A stretch of 64,000 nt of DNA from Eledone cirrhosa (Eukaryota): assembly GCA_964016885.1 (NCBI GenBank), contig OZ024743.1, forward strand, positions 236,840,001-236,904,000, in the 5' to 3' direction. The position numbers and the translations under genes were made by a program. Below the pieces are notes generated by a model. The model saw only the letters and a program-made list of their open reading frames with translations. It did not search any database and was not told the origin of the DNA. Position 1 is the stretch's first letter. The number at the start of each line of letters is the position of its first letter. Below are positions 53,801-64,000 of the stretch, piece after piece.

Positions 53801-56800
53801 GTCTAAAGTATGTCTTGTTATAGAAAACTACAGTATTGATTAGTCTGTCTAAGTCTAAAATCTGTCTTATTATAGACAGCTACAGTATTGATAATTCTAT
53901 CTACGTCTAAAGTCTGTCTTGTTATAGACAGCTACAGTACCGATTATTCTGTCTAAGTCTAATGTCTGTCTTGTTATAGACAGCTACAGTATTGATTAGT
54001 CTGTCTAAGTTTAAAGTCTTTCTTAGTATAGACAGCTACAGTACTGATTAGTCTGTCTAAGTCTAAAGTCTGTCTTATTATAGACAGCTACAGTATTGAT
54101 AATTCTCTCTGAGTCTAAAGTCTGTCTTATTATAGACAGCTACAGTATTGATTAGTCTTTTTAAGTCTAAATTCTGTCTTATTATAGAGAGCTACAGTAC
54201 TGATCAGTTTGTCTAAGTCTAAAGTCTGTCTTGTTATAGACAGCTACAGTATTGATTAGTCTGTCTAAGTCTAAAGTCTGTCTTATTATAGACAGCTACA
54301 GTATTGATTAGTCTGTCTAAGTCTAAAGTCTGTCTTATTATAGACAGCTACAGTATTGACAATTCTCTCTAAGTCTAAAGTCTGTCTTGTTATAGACAGC
54401 TACAGTATTGATTACTCTGTCTAAGTCTAAAGTCTGTCTTATCATAGACAGCTACAGTATTGACAATTCTGTCTCAGTCTAAAGTATGTCTTGTTTTAGA
54501 GAGCTACAGTATTGATTAGTCTGTCTAACTCTAAAGTCTGTCTTGTTATAGACAGCTACAGTATTGATTAGTCTGTCTAAGTCTAAAGTCTGTCTTACTA
54601 TAGACAGCTACAGTACTGATTAGTCTGTCTATGTCTAAAGTCTGTCTTGTTATAGACAACTACAGTATTAATTAGTCTGTCTAAGTCTAAAATCTGTCTT
54701 GTTATTGACAGTTACAGTATTGATTAGTCTGTCTAATTCTAAAGTCTGTCTTGTTATAGACAGCTACAGTATTGATTAGTCTGTCTAGGTCTAAAGTCTG
54801 TCTTGTTATAGACAGCTGCTGTATTGATTAGTCTGTCTAAGTCTAAAGTCTGTCTTATTATAGACAGCTACAGTATTGACAATTCTCTCTAAGTCTAAAG
54901 TCTGTCTTATTATAGACAGCTACGGTATTGATTAGTCTGTTTAAGTCTAAAGTCTGACTTAATATAGACAGCTACAGTACTGATTAGTCTGTCTAAGTCT
55001 AAAGTCTGTCTTGTTATAGACAGCTACAGTATTGATTAGTCTGTCTAAGTCTAAAGTCTGTCTTATTATAGACAGCTACAGTATTGATTAGTCAGTCTAA
55101 GTCTAAAGTCTGTCTTATTATATACAGCTACAGTATTGACAATTCTGTCTAAGTCTAAAGTCTGTCTTGTTATAGACAGCTACAGTATTGATTAGTCTGT
55201 CTAAGTCTAAAGTCTGTATTATTATAGACAGCTAAAGTATTGATTAGTCTGTTTAAGTCTAAAGTCTGTATTATTATAGACAGTTACAGTATTGATTAGT
55301 CTGTCTAAGTCTAAAGTCTGTCTTGTTATAGACAGCTACAGTATTGACAATTCTGTCTAAGCCTAAAGTCAGTCTTATTATAGACAGCTACATTATTGAT
55401 TAATCTGTCTAAGTCTAAAGTCTGTCTTATTATAGACAGCTACAGTATTGACAATTCTCTCTAAGTCTAAAGTCTGTCTTGTTATAGACAGTTACAGTAT
55501 TGATTAGTCTGTCTAAGTCTAAAGTCTGTCTTATTATAGACCGCTACAGTATTGACAATAATGTCTAAGTCTAAAGTATGTCTTATTATAGACAGCTATA
55601 TTACTAATTAGTCTGTCTAAGTCTAAAGTCTGTCTTATTATAGACAGCTACAGTATTGACAATTCTGTCTAAGTCTAAAGTCTGTATTATTATAGACAGC
55701 TACAGTTCTGATTAGTCTGTCTAATTCTAAAGTCTGTCTTGTCATAGACAGCTGCAGTACTGATTAGTCTGTCTAAATCTAAAGTCTGTCTTGTTATAGA
55801 CAACTACAGTATTGATTAGTCTGTCTATGTCTAAAGTCTGTCTTATTATAGACAGCTACAGTACCGATTAGTCTGTCTAAGTCTAAAGTCTGTCTTATTA
55901 TAGACAGCTACAGTATTGATTAGTCTGTCTAAGTCTAAAGTCTGTCTTATTATAGACAGCTACAGCATTGATTGGTCTGTCTAAGTCTGAAGTCTGTCTT
56001 ATTATAGACAGCTACAGTATTGACAATTCTGTCTAAGTCTAAAGTCTGTCTTGTTATAAACAGCTACAGTATTGATTAGTCTATCTAAGTCTAAAGTCTG
56101 TCTTATTATAGACAGCTACAGTATTGACAATTATGTCAAAGTCTAAAGTCTGTCTTATTATAGACAGCTACAGTATTGACAATTCTGTCTAAGTCTAAAG
56201 TCTGTCTTATTATAGACAGCTACAGTACTGAATTGTCTGTCTAAGTCTAAAGTCTGTATTGTTATAGACAACTACAGTATTGATTAGTCTGTCTAGGTCT
56301 AAAGTCTGTCTTATTATAGACAGCTACAGTATTGATTAGTCTGTCTAAGTCTAAAGTCTGTCTTATTATAGACAGCTACAGTATTGATTAGTATGTCTAA
56401 GTCTAAAGTATGTCTTGTTATAGACAGCTACAGTATTGATTAGTCTGTCTAAGTCTAAAATCTGTCTTATTATAGACAGCTACAGTATTGACAATTCTAT
56501 CTACGTCTAAAGTCTGTCTTGTTATAGACAGCTACAGTACCGATTAGTCTGTCTAAGTCTAATGTCTGTCTTGTTATAGACAGCTACAGTATTGATTAGT
56601 CTGTCTAAGTTTAAAGTCTTTCTTAGTATAGACAGCTACAGTACTGATTAGTCTGTCTAAGTCTAAAGTCTGTCTTATTATAGACAGCTACAGTATTGAT
56701 AATTCTCTCTGAGTCTAAAGTCTGTCTTATTATAGACAGCTACAGTATTGATTAGTCTTTTTAAGTCTAAACTCTGTCTTATTATAGAGAGCTACAGTAC

Positions 56801-59800
56801 TGATCAGTTTGTCTAAGTCTAAAGTCTGTCTTGTTATAGACAGCTACAGTATTGATTAGTCTGTCTAAGTCTAAAGTCTGTCTTATTATAGACAGCTACA
56901 GTATTGATTAGTCTGTCTAAGTCTAAAGTCTGTCTTATTATAGACAGCTACAGTATTGACAATTCTGTCTCAGTCTAAAGTATGTCTTGTTTTAGAGAGC
57001 TACAGTATTGATTAGTCTGTCTATGTCTAAAGTCTGTCTTGTTATAGACAACTACAGTATTGATTAGTCTGTCTAAGTCTAAAATCTGTCTTGTTATTGA
57101 CAGTTACAGCATTGATTAGTCTGTCTAAGTCTAAATGTTGTCTTGTTATAGACAACTACAGTATTGATTAGTCTGCCTAAGTCTAAAGTCTGTCTTATTA
57201 TAGACAGTTACAGTACTGATTAGTCTGTCTAAGTCTAAAGTCTGTCTTGTTATAGAGAGCTACAGTGTTGATTAGTCTGTATAAGTCTAAAGTCTGTCTT
57301 ATTATAGACAGCTACAGTATTGACAATTCTGTCTAAGTCTAAAGTCTGTCTTATTATAGACAGCTACAGTTTAACAATTCTGTCTAAGTCTAAAGTCTGT
57401 CTTATTATAGAGAGCTACAGTACCGATTAGTCTGTCTAAGTCTAAAGTATGTCTTGTTATAGACAGCTACAGCATTGATTAGTCTGTCTAAATCTAAAGT
57501 CTGTCTTATTATAGACAGCTACAGTATTGATTAGTCTGTCTAAGTCTAAAGTCTGTCTTATTATAGACAGTGACAGTACTGATTAGTCCGTCTAAGTCTA
57601 AAGTCTGTCTTATTATAGACCGCTACAGTATTGACAATAATATCTAAGTCTAAAGTATGTCTTATTATAGACAGCTACAGTACTGATTAGTCTGTCTAAG
57701 TCTAAAGTCTGTCCTGTTATAGACAACTACAGTATTGATTAGTCTGTCTAAGTCTAAATCTGTCTTATTATAGACAGCTACAGTATTGACAATTCTGTCT
57801 AAGTCAAAAGTCTGTGTTGTTATAGACAGCTACAGTATTGATTAGTCTGTCTAAGTCTAAAGTCTGTCTTGTTATAGACAACTACAGTATTGATTAGTCT
57901 GTCTAAGTCTAAAGTCTGTCTTATTATAGACAGCTACAGTTTGACAATTCTGTCTAAGTCTAAAGTCTGTATTATTATAGACAGCTACAGTATTTATTAG
58001 TCTGTATAAGTCTAAAGTCTGTATTATTATAGACAGTTACAGTATTGATTAGTCTGTCTAAGTCTAAAGTCTGTCTTGTTATAGACAGCTACAGTATTGA
58101 CAATTCTGTCTAAGTCTAAAGTCAGTCTTATTATAGACAGCTACATTATTGATTAGTCTGTCTAAGTCTAAAGTCTGTCTTATTATAGACAGCTACAGTA
58201 CTGATTAGTCTGTCTAAGTCTAAAATCTGTCTTATTATAGACAACTACAGTATTGATTAGTCTGTCTAAGTCTAAAGTCTGTCTTATTATAGACAGCTAC
58301 AGTTTGACAATTCTGTCTAAGTCTAAAGTCTGTCTTATTATAGACAGCTACAGTACCGATTAGTCTGTCTAAGTCTAAAGTATGTCTTGTTATAGACAGC
58401 TACAGCATTGATTAGTCTGTCTAAGTCTAAAGTCTGTCTTATTATAGACAGTGACAGTACTGATTAGTCCGTCTATGTCTAAAGTCTGTCTTATTATAGA
58501 CAGCTACAGTATTGACAATTCTGTCTAAGTCTAAAGTCTGTCTTGTTATAGACAGCTACAGTATTGATTAGTCTGTCTAAGTCTAAAGTCTGTCTTGTTA
58601 TAGACAGCTACATTATTGATTAGTGTGTCTAAGTCTAAAGTCTGTCTTATTATAAACAGTTACAGTACTGATTAGTCTGTCTAAGTCTGAAGTCTGTCTT
58701 ATTATAGACAGCTACAGTATTGCCAATTCTGTCTAAGTCTAAAGTATGTCTTGTTATAGACAGCTACAGTATTGATTAGTCTGTCTAAGTCTAAAATCTG
58801 TCTTATTATAGACAGCTACAGTATTGACAATTCTGTCTAAGTCTAAAGTATGTCTTGTTATAGACAGCTACACAATTGATTAGTCTGTCTAAGTCTAAAG
58901 TCTGTCTTATTATAGACAGCTACAGTATTGATAATTCTGTCTCAGTCTGAAGTCCGTCTTGTTATAGACAGCTACAGTATTGATTAGTCTGTCTAAGTCT
59001 AAAGTCTGTCTTATTATAGACAGCTACAGTATTGATTAGATGTTTAAGTCTAAAGGCTGTCTTGTTATAGACAGCTACAGTATTGATTAGTCTGTCTACA
59101 TCTAAAGTCTGTCTTGTTATAGACAACTACAGTACTGATTAGTCTGTCTAAGTCTAAAGTATGTCTTATTATAGACAGCTACACATATTGATTAGTCTGT
59201 CTAAGTCTAAAGTCTGTCTTATTATAGACAGCTACAGTACTGATTAGTCTGTCTAAGTCTAAAGGCTGTCTTGTTATAGACAGTTACAGTATTGATTAGT
59301 CTGTCTAAATCTAAAGTCTCTCTCATTATAGACCGCTACAGTATTGACAATAATATCTAAGTCTAAAGTCTGTCATATTATAGACAGCTACAGTACTGAT
59401 TAGTCTGTCTAATTCTAAAGTCTGTCTTGTTATAGACAGCTACGGTACTGATTAGTCTGTCTAAGTCTAAAGTATGTCTTGTTATAGACAGCTACAGCAT
59501 TGATTAGTTTGTCTAAGTCTAAAGTCTGTCTTATTATAGACAGCTACAGTATTGATTAGTCTGTCTAAGTCTAAAGTCTGTATTATTATAGACAGTGACA
59601 GTACTGATTAGTCCGTCTAAGTCTAAAGTCTGTCTTATTATAGACAGCTACATTATTGACAATTCTGTCTAAGTCTAAAGTCTGTCTTGTTATAGACAGC
59701 TACAGTATTGATTAGTCTGTCTAAGTCTAAAGTCTGTCTTATCATAGACAGCTACATTATTGACAATTCTGTCTAAGTCTAAAGTCTGTCTTGTTATAGA

Positions 59801-62800
59801 CAGCTACAGTATTGATTAGTCTGTCTAAGTCTAAAGTCTGTCTTATTATAGACAGCTACAGTATTGACAATTCTCTCTAAGTCTAAAGTCTGTCTTATTA
59901 TAGACAGCTACAGTATTGATTAGTCTGTTTAAGTCTAAAGTCTGTCTTGTTATAGACAGCTACAGTATTGATTAGTCTGTCTAAGTCTAAAGTCTGTCTT
60001 GTTATAGACAACTACAGTATTGATTGGTCTGTCTAAGTCTAAAGTCTGTCTTATTATAGACAGCTACAGTATTGACAATTCTGTCTAAGTCTAAAGTCTA
60101 TATTATTATAGACAGCTACAGTATTGATTAGTCTGTTAAAATCTAAAGTCTGTATTATTATAGACAGTTACAGTATTGATTAGTCTGTCTAAGTCTAAAG
60201 TCTGTCTTGTTATAGACAGCTACAGTATTGACAATTCTGTCTAAGTATAAAGTCAGTCTTGTTATAGACAGCTACATTATTAAATAATTTGTCTAAGTCT
60301 AAAGTCTGTCTTATTATAGACAGCTACAGTACTGATTAGTCTGTCTAAGTCTAAAGTCTGTCCTGTTATAGACAACTACAGTATTGATTAGTCTGTCTAA
60401 GTCTAAAGTCTGTCTTATTATAGACAGCTACATTATTGACAATTCTGTCTAAGTCTAAAGTCTGTATTATTATACACAGCTACAGTACTGATTAGTCTGT
60501 CTAATTCTAAAGTCTGTCTTGTTATAGACAGCTACGGTACTGATTAGTCTGTCTAAGTCTAAAGTATGTCTTCTTATAGACAGCTACAGCATTGATTAGT
60601 TTGTCTAAGTCTAAAGTCTGTCTTATTATAGACAGCTACAGTATTGATTAGTCTGTCTAAGTCTAAAGTCTGTCTTATTATAGACAGTGACAGTACTGAT
60701 TAGTCCGTCTAAGTCTAAAGTCTGTCTTATTATAGACAGCTACATTATTGACAATTCTGTCTAAGTCTAAAGTCTGTCTTGTTATAGCCAGCTACAGTAT
60801 TGATTAGTCTGTCTAAGTCTAAAGTCTGTCTTATCATAGACAGCTACAGTATTGACAATTCTGTCTAAGTCTAAAGTCTGTCTTGTTATAGACAGCTACA
60901 GTATTGATTAGACTGTCTAAGTCTAAAGTCTGTCTTATTATAGACAGCTAGAGTATTGACAATTCTGTCTAAGTCTAAAGTCTGTCTTGTTATAGACAGC
61001 TACAGTATTGATTAGTCTGTCTAAGTCTAAAGTCTGTCTTGTTATAGACAGCTACATTATTGATTAGTCTGTCTAAGTCTAAAGTCTGTCTTATTATAGA
61101 CAGCTACAGTATTGACAATTCTCTCTAAGTCTAAAGTCTGTCTTATTATAGACAGCTACGGTATTGATTAGTCTGTTTAAGTCTAAAGTCTGACTTAATA
61201 TAGACAGCTACAGTACTGATTAGTCTGTCTAAGTCTAAAGTCTGTCTTGTTATAGACAGCTACAGTATTGATTAGTCTGTCTAAGTCTAAAGTCTGTCTT
61301 ATTATAGACAGCTACAGTATTGATTAGTCAGTCTAAGTCTAAAGTCTGTCTTATTATAGACAGCTACAGTATTGACAATTCTGTCTAAGTGTAAAGTCTG
61401 TCTTGTTATAGACAGCTACAGTATTGATTAATCTGTCTAAGTCTAAAGTCTGTCTTGTTATAGACAGCTACAGTATTGATTAGTCTGTCTAAGTCTAAAG
61501 TCTGTCTTATTAAAGACAGCTACAGTATTGATTAGTCTGTTTAAGTCTAAAGTCTGTATTATTATAGACAGTTACAGTATTGATTAGTCTGTCTAAGTCT
61601 AAAGTCTGTCTTGTTATAGACAGCTACAGTATTGACAATTCTGTCTAAGCCTAAAGTCAGTCTTATTATAGACAGCTACAATTATTGATTAGTCTGTCTA
61701 AGTCTAAAGTCTGTCTTATTATAGACAGCTACAGTATTGACAATTCTCTCTAAGTCTAAAGTCTGTCTTGTTATAGACAGTTACAGTATTGATTAGTCTG
61801 TCTAAGTCTAAAGTCTGTCTTATTATAGACCGCTACAGTATTGACAATAATGTCTAAGTCTAAAGTATGTCTAATTATAGACAGCTATATTACTGATTAG
61901 TCTGTCTAAGTCTAAAGTCTGTCTTATTATAGACAGCTACAGTATTGACAATTCTGTCTAAGTCTAAAATCTGTATTATTATAGACAGCTACAGTTCTGA
62001 TTAGTCTGTCTAATTCTAAAGTCTGTCTTGTTATATACAGCTGCAGTACTGATTAGTCTGTCTAAATCTAAAGTCTGTCTTGTTATAGACAACTACAGTA
62101 TTGATTAGTCTGTCTATGTCTAAAGTCTGTCTTATTATAGACAGCTACAGTACCGATTAGTCTGTCTAAGTCTAAAGTCTGTCTTGTTATAGACAGCTAC
62201 AGTATTGACAATTCTCTCTAAGTCTAAAGTCTGTCTTGTTATAGACAGCTACATTATTGATTACTCTGTCTAAGTCTAAATTCTGTCTTATCATAGACAG
62301 CTACAGTATTGACAATTCTGTCTCAGTCTAAAGTATGTCTTGTTTTAGACAGCTAGAGTATTGATTAGTCTGTCTAACTCTAAAGTCTGTCTTGTTATAG
62401 ACAGCTACCGTATTGATTAGTCGGTCTAAGTCTAAAGTCTGTATTATTATAGACAGCTACAGTATTGATTAGTCTGTCTAAGTCTAAAGTCTGTCTTATT
62501 ATAGACAGCTACAGCATTGATTGGTTTGTCTAAGTCTGAAGTCTGTCTTATTATAGACAGCTACAGTATTGACAATTCTGTCTAAGTCTAAAGTCTGTCT
62601 TGTTATAAACAGCTACAGTATTGATTAGTCTATCTAAGTCTAAAGTCTGTCTTATTATAGACAGCTACAGTATTGACAATTATGTCTAAGTCTAAAGTCT
62701 GTCTTATTATAGACAGCTACAGTATTGACAATTCTGTCTAAGTCTCAAGTCTGTCTTATTATAGACAGCTACAGTACTGAATAGTCTGTCTAAGTCTAAA

Positions 62801-63900
62801 GTCTGTCTTGTTATAGACAACTACAGTATTGATTAGTCTGTCTAGGTCTAAAGTCTGTCTTATTATAGACAGCTACAGTATTGATTAGTCTGTCTAAGTC
62901 TAAAGTCTGTCTTATTATAGACAGCTACAGTATTGATTAGTATGTCTAAGTCTAAAGTATGTCTTGTTATAGAAAACTACAGTATTGATTAGTCTGTCTA
63001 AGTCTAAAATCTGTCTTATTATAGACAGCTACAGTATTGATAATTCTATCTACGTCTAAAGTCTGTCTTGTTATAGACAGCTACAGTACCGATTATTCTG
63101 TCTAAGTCTAATGTCTGTCTTGTTATAGACAGCTACAGTATTGATTAGTCTGTCTAAGTTTAAAGTCTTTCTTAGTATAGACAGCTACAGTACTGATTAG
63201 TCTGTCTAAGTCTAAAGTCTGTCTTATTATAGACAGCTACAGTATTGATAATTCTCTCTGAGTCTAAAGTCTGTCTTATTATAGACAGCTACAGTATTGA
63301 TTAGTCTTTTTAAGTCTAAATTCTGTCTTATTATAGAGAGCTACAGTACTGATCAGTTTGTCTAAGTCTAAAGTCTGTCTTGTTATAGACAGCTACAGTA
63401 TTGATTAGTCTGTCTAAGTCTAAAGTCTGTCTTATTATAGACAGCTACAGTATTGATTAGTCTGTCTAAGTCTAAAGTCTGTCTTATCATAGACAGCTAC
63501 AGTATTGACAATTCTGTCTCAGTCTAAAGTATGTCTTGTTTTAGAGAGCTACAGTATTGATTAGTCTGTCTAACTCTAAAGTCTGTCTTGTTATAGACAG
63601 CTACAGTATTGATTAGTCTGTCTAAGTCTAAGGTCTGTCTTACTATAGACAGCTACAGTACTGATTAGTCTGTCTATGTCTAAAGTCTGTCTTGTTATAG
63701 ACAACTACAGTATTAATTAGTCTGTCTAAGTCTAAAATCTGTCTTGTTATTGACAGTTACAGTATTGATTAGTCTGTTTAATTCTAAAGTCTGTCTTGTT
63801 ATAGACAGCTACAGTATTGATTAGTCTGTCTAGGTCTAAAGTCTGTCTTGTTATAGACAGCTGCTGTATTGATTAGTCTGTCTAAGTCTAAAGTCTGTCT
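47820..63900. repeat. Higher-order duplication, period ~9.05-9.3 kb (~176 monomers): ~47820-54850 vs ~57120-63900
   Basis: Marker pairs: agctacacaa (49721/58866, offset 9145), taaataattt (51135/60281, 9146), acaattattg (52581/61678, 9097), tagaaaacta (53821/62970, 9149), gacagctgctg (54811/63856, 9045). Offset changes equal whole monomers plus visible small indels. Confidence 0.88.
51950..57115. repeat. Nested tandem duplication ~51950-54720 vs ~54860-57115 (offset 2913 shrinking to 2600 and below)
   Basis: ctgacttaat at 52041/54954 (56 monomers plus 1) and tgatcagttt at 54201/56801 (50 monomers). A third copy lies at ~61090-63770. Confidence 0.82.
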
Positions 63901-64000
63901 TGTTATAGACAGCTAGAGCATTGATTAGTCTGTCTAAGTCTAAAGTCTGTCTTATTATGGACAGTAACAGTACTGATTAGTCTGTCTAAGTCTAAAGTCT

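Larger units (their letters stand above)
1..64000. repeat. Tandem satellite array, 52-bp monomer, ~1,230 head-to-tail copies, open at both window ends
   Basis: GTCTGTCTT recurs at 1, 53, 105, 157, 209... (period 52). The consensus GTCTGTCTTRTTATAGACAGCTACAGTAYTGA(TTAG/CAAT)TCTGTCTAAGTCTAAA persists to the last base, typically with 0-4 differences per copy. I saw no non-repeat insertion or inverted segment. Confidence 0.99.

Noticed and set aside
1-64000. CRISPR array (regular period, partly palindromic repeat)
   Set aside because: There are no unique spacers. The variable part is only a few recurring alleles within an otherwise conserved 52-mer, and no leader or cas genes are present.
1-64000. 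Protein-coding repeat ORF on either strand
   Set aside because: On the plus strand, each monomer has stops in all three frames (TAG at 14, TGA at 30, TAA at 43 and 49). On the minus strand two frames are blocked per monomer, and because 52 is not a multiple of 3 the open frame hits a stop in the next monomer.
1-64000. Telomeric repeat (TTAG motif) or simple (GTCT/GACA)n microsatellite
   Set aside because: TTAG is never part of a G-rich TTAGG(G) run, and GTCT occurs at most twice in tandem inside a complex 52-bp unit.
1-64000. tRNA, 5S rRNA, spliced-leader or other structured RNA gene array; intrinsic terminators
   Set aside because: The unit is too short and has no recognisable cloverleaf, Pol III A/B boxes or GC-rich stem followed by a T-tract.
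1-64000. Canonical CENP-B box
   Set aside because: The motif needs TTCG....A..CGGG, and the consensus contains no CpG or GG.
1-64000. Pure sequencing artefact (rolling-circle concatemer or noisy reads of one monomer)
   Set aside because: Variants are not random. Compound rare alleles recur in the same order at exact monomer-multiple offsets with hierarchical divergence, as expected of a real evolving array. Individual near-identical blocks could still be misassembled.
1-64000. Information-encoding or programmed-diversification system using monomer variants as a code
   Set aside because: The variant order is adequately explained by point mutation plus nested duplication. No associated enzyme, template or reading mechanism is visible in this window.

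Overview
The whole 64-kb window is one uninterrupted, head-to-tail tandem array (satellite-type DNA) of a 52-bp AT-rich monomer, about 1,230 copies, all in the same orientation. The consensus, read from position 1, is GTCTGTCTT(A/G)TTATAGACAGCTACAGTA(T/C)TGA(TTAG/CAAT)TCTGTCTAAGTCTAAA (~33-35% GC, no CpG). I saw no genes, RNA genes, transposon insertions, CRISPR spacers or unique sequence, and the array runs past both window edges. The informative structure lies in the variants. (1) The monomer has an internal 17-bp direct subrepeat and competing imperfect dyads. (2) Three common dimorphic sites are non-randomly linked, and two of the variant alleles each create their own palindrome. (3) Rare variants show nested higher-order duplications with periods of 311, 936, 1664, 2548, ~2.6-2.9 kb, 3327, 4880, 5043, 5815, 5904 and ~9146 bp, each a whole number of monomers apart from small indels. 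(4) The array divides into four variant-defined domains, and the two flanking the central domain are related to each other. I cannot identify the organism or the satellite family from the sequence. A eukaryotic (peri)centromeric or heterochromatic satellite is the most likely reading, but that is inference. All alignments were done by eye, so block boundaries are approximate.
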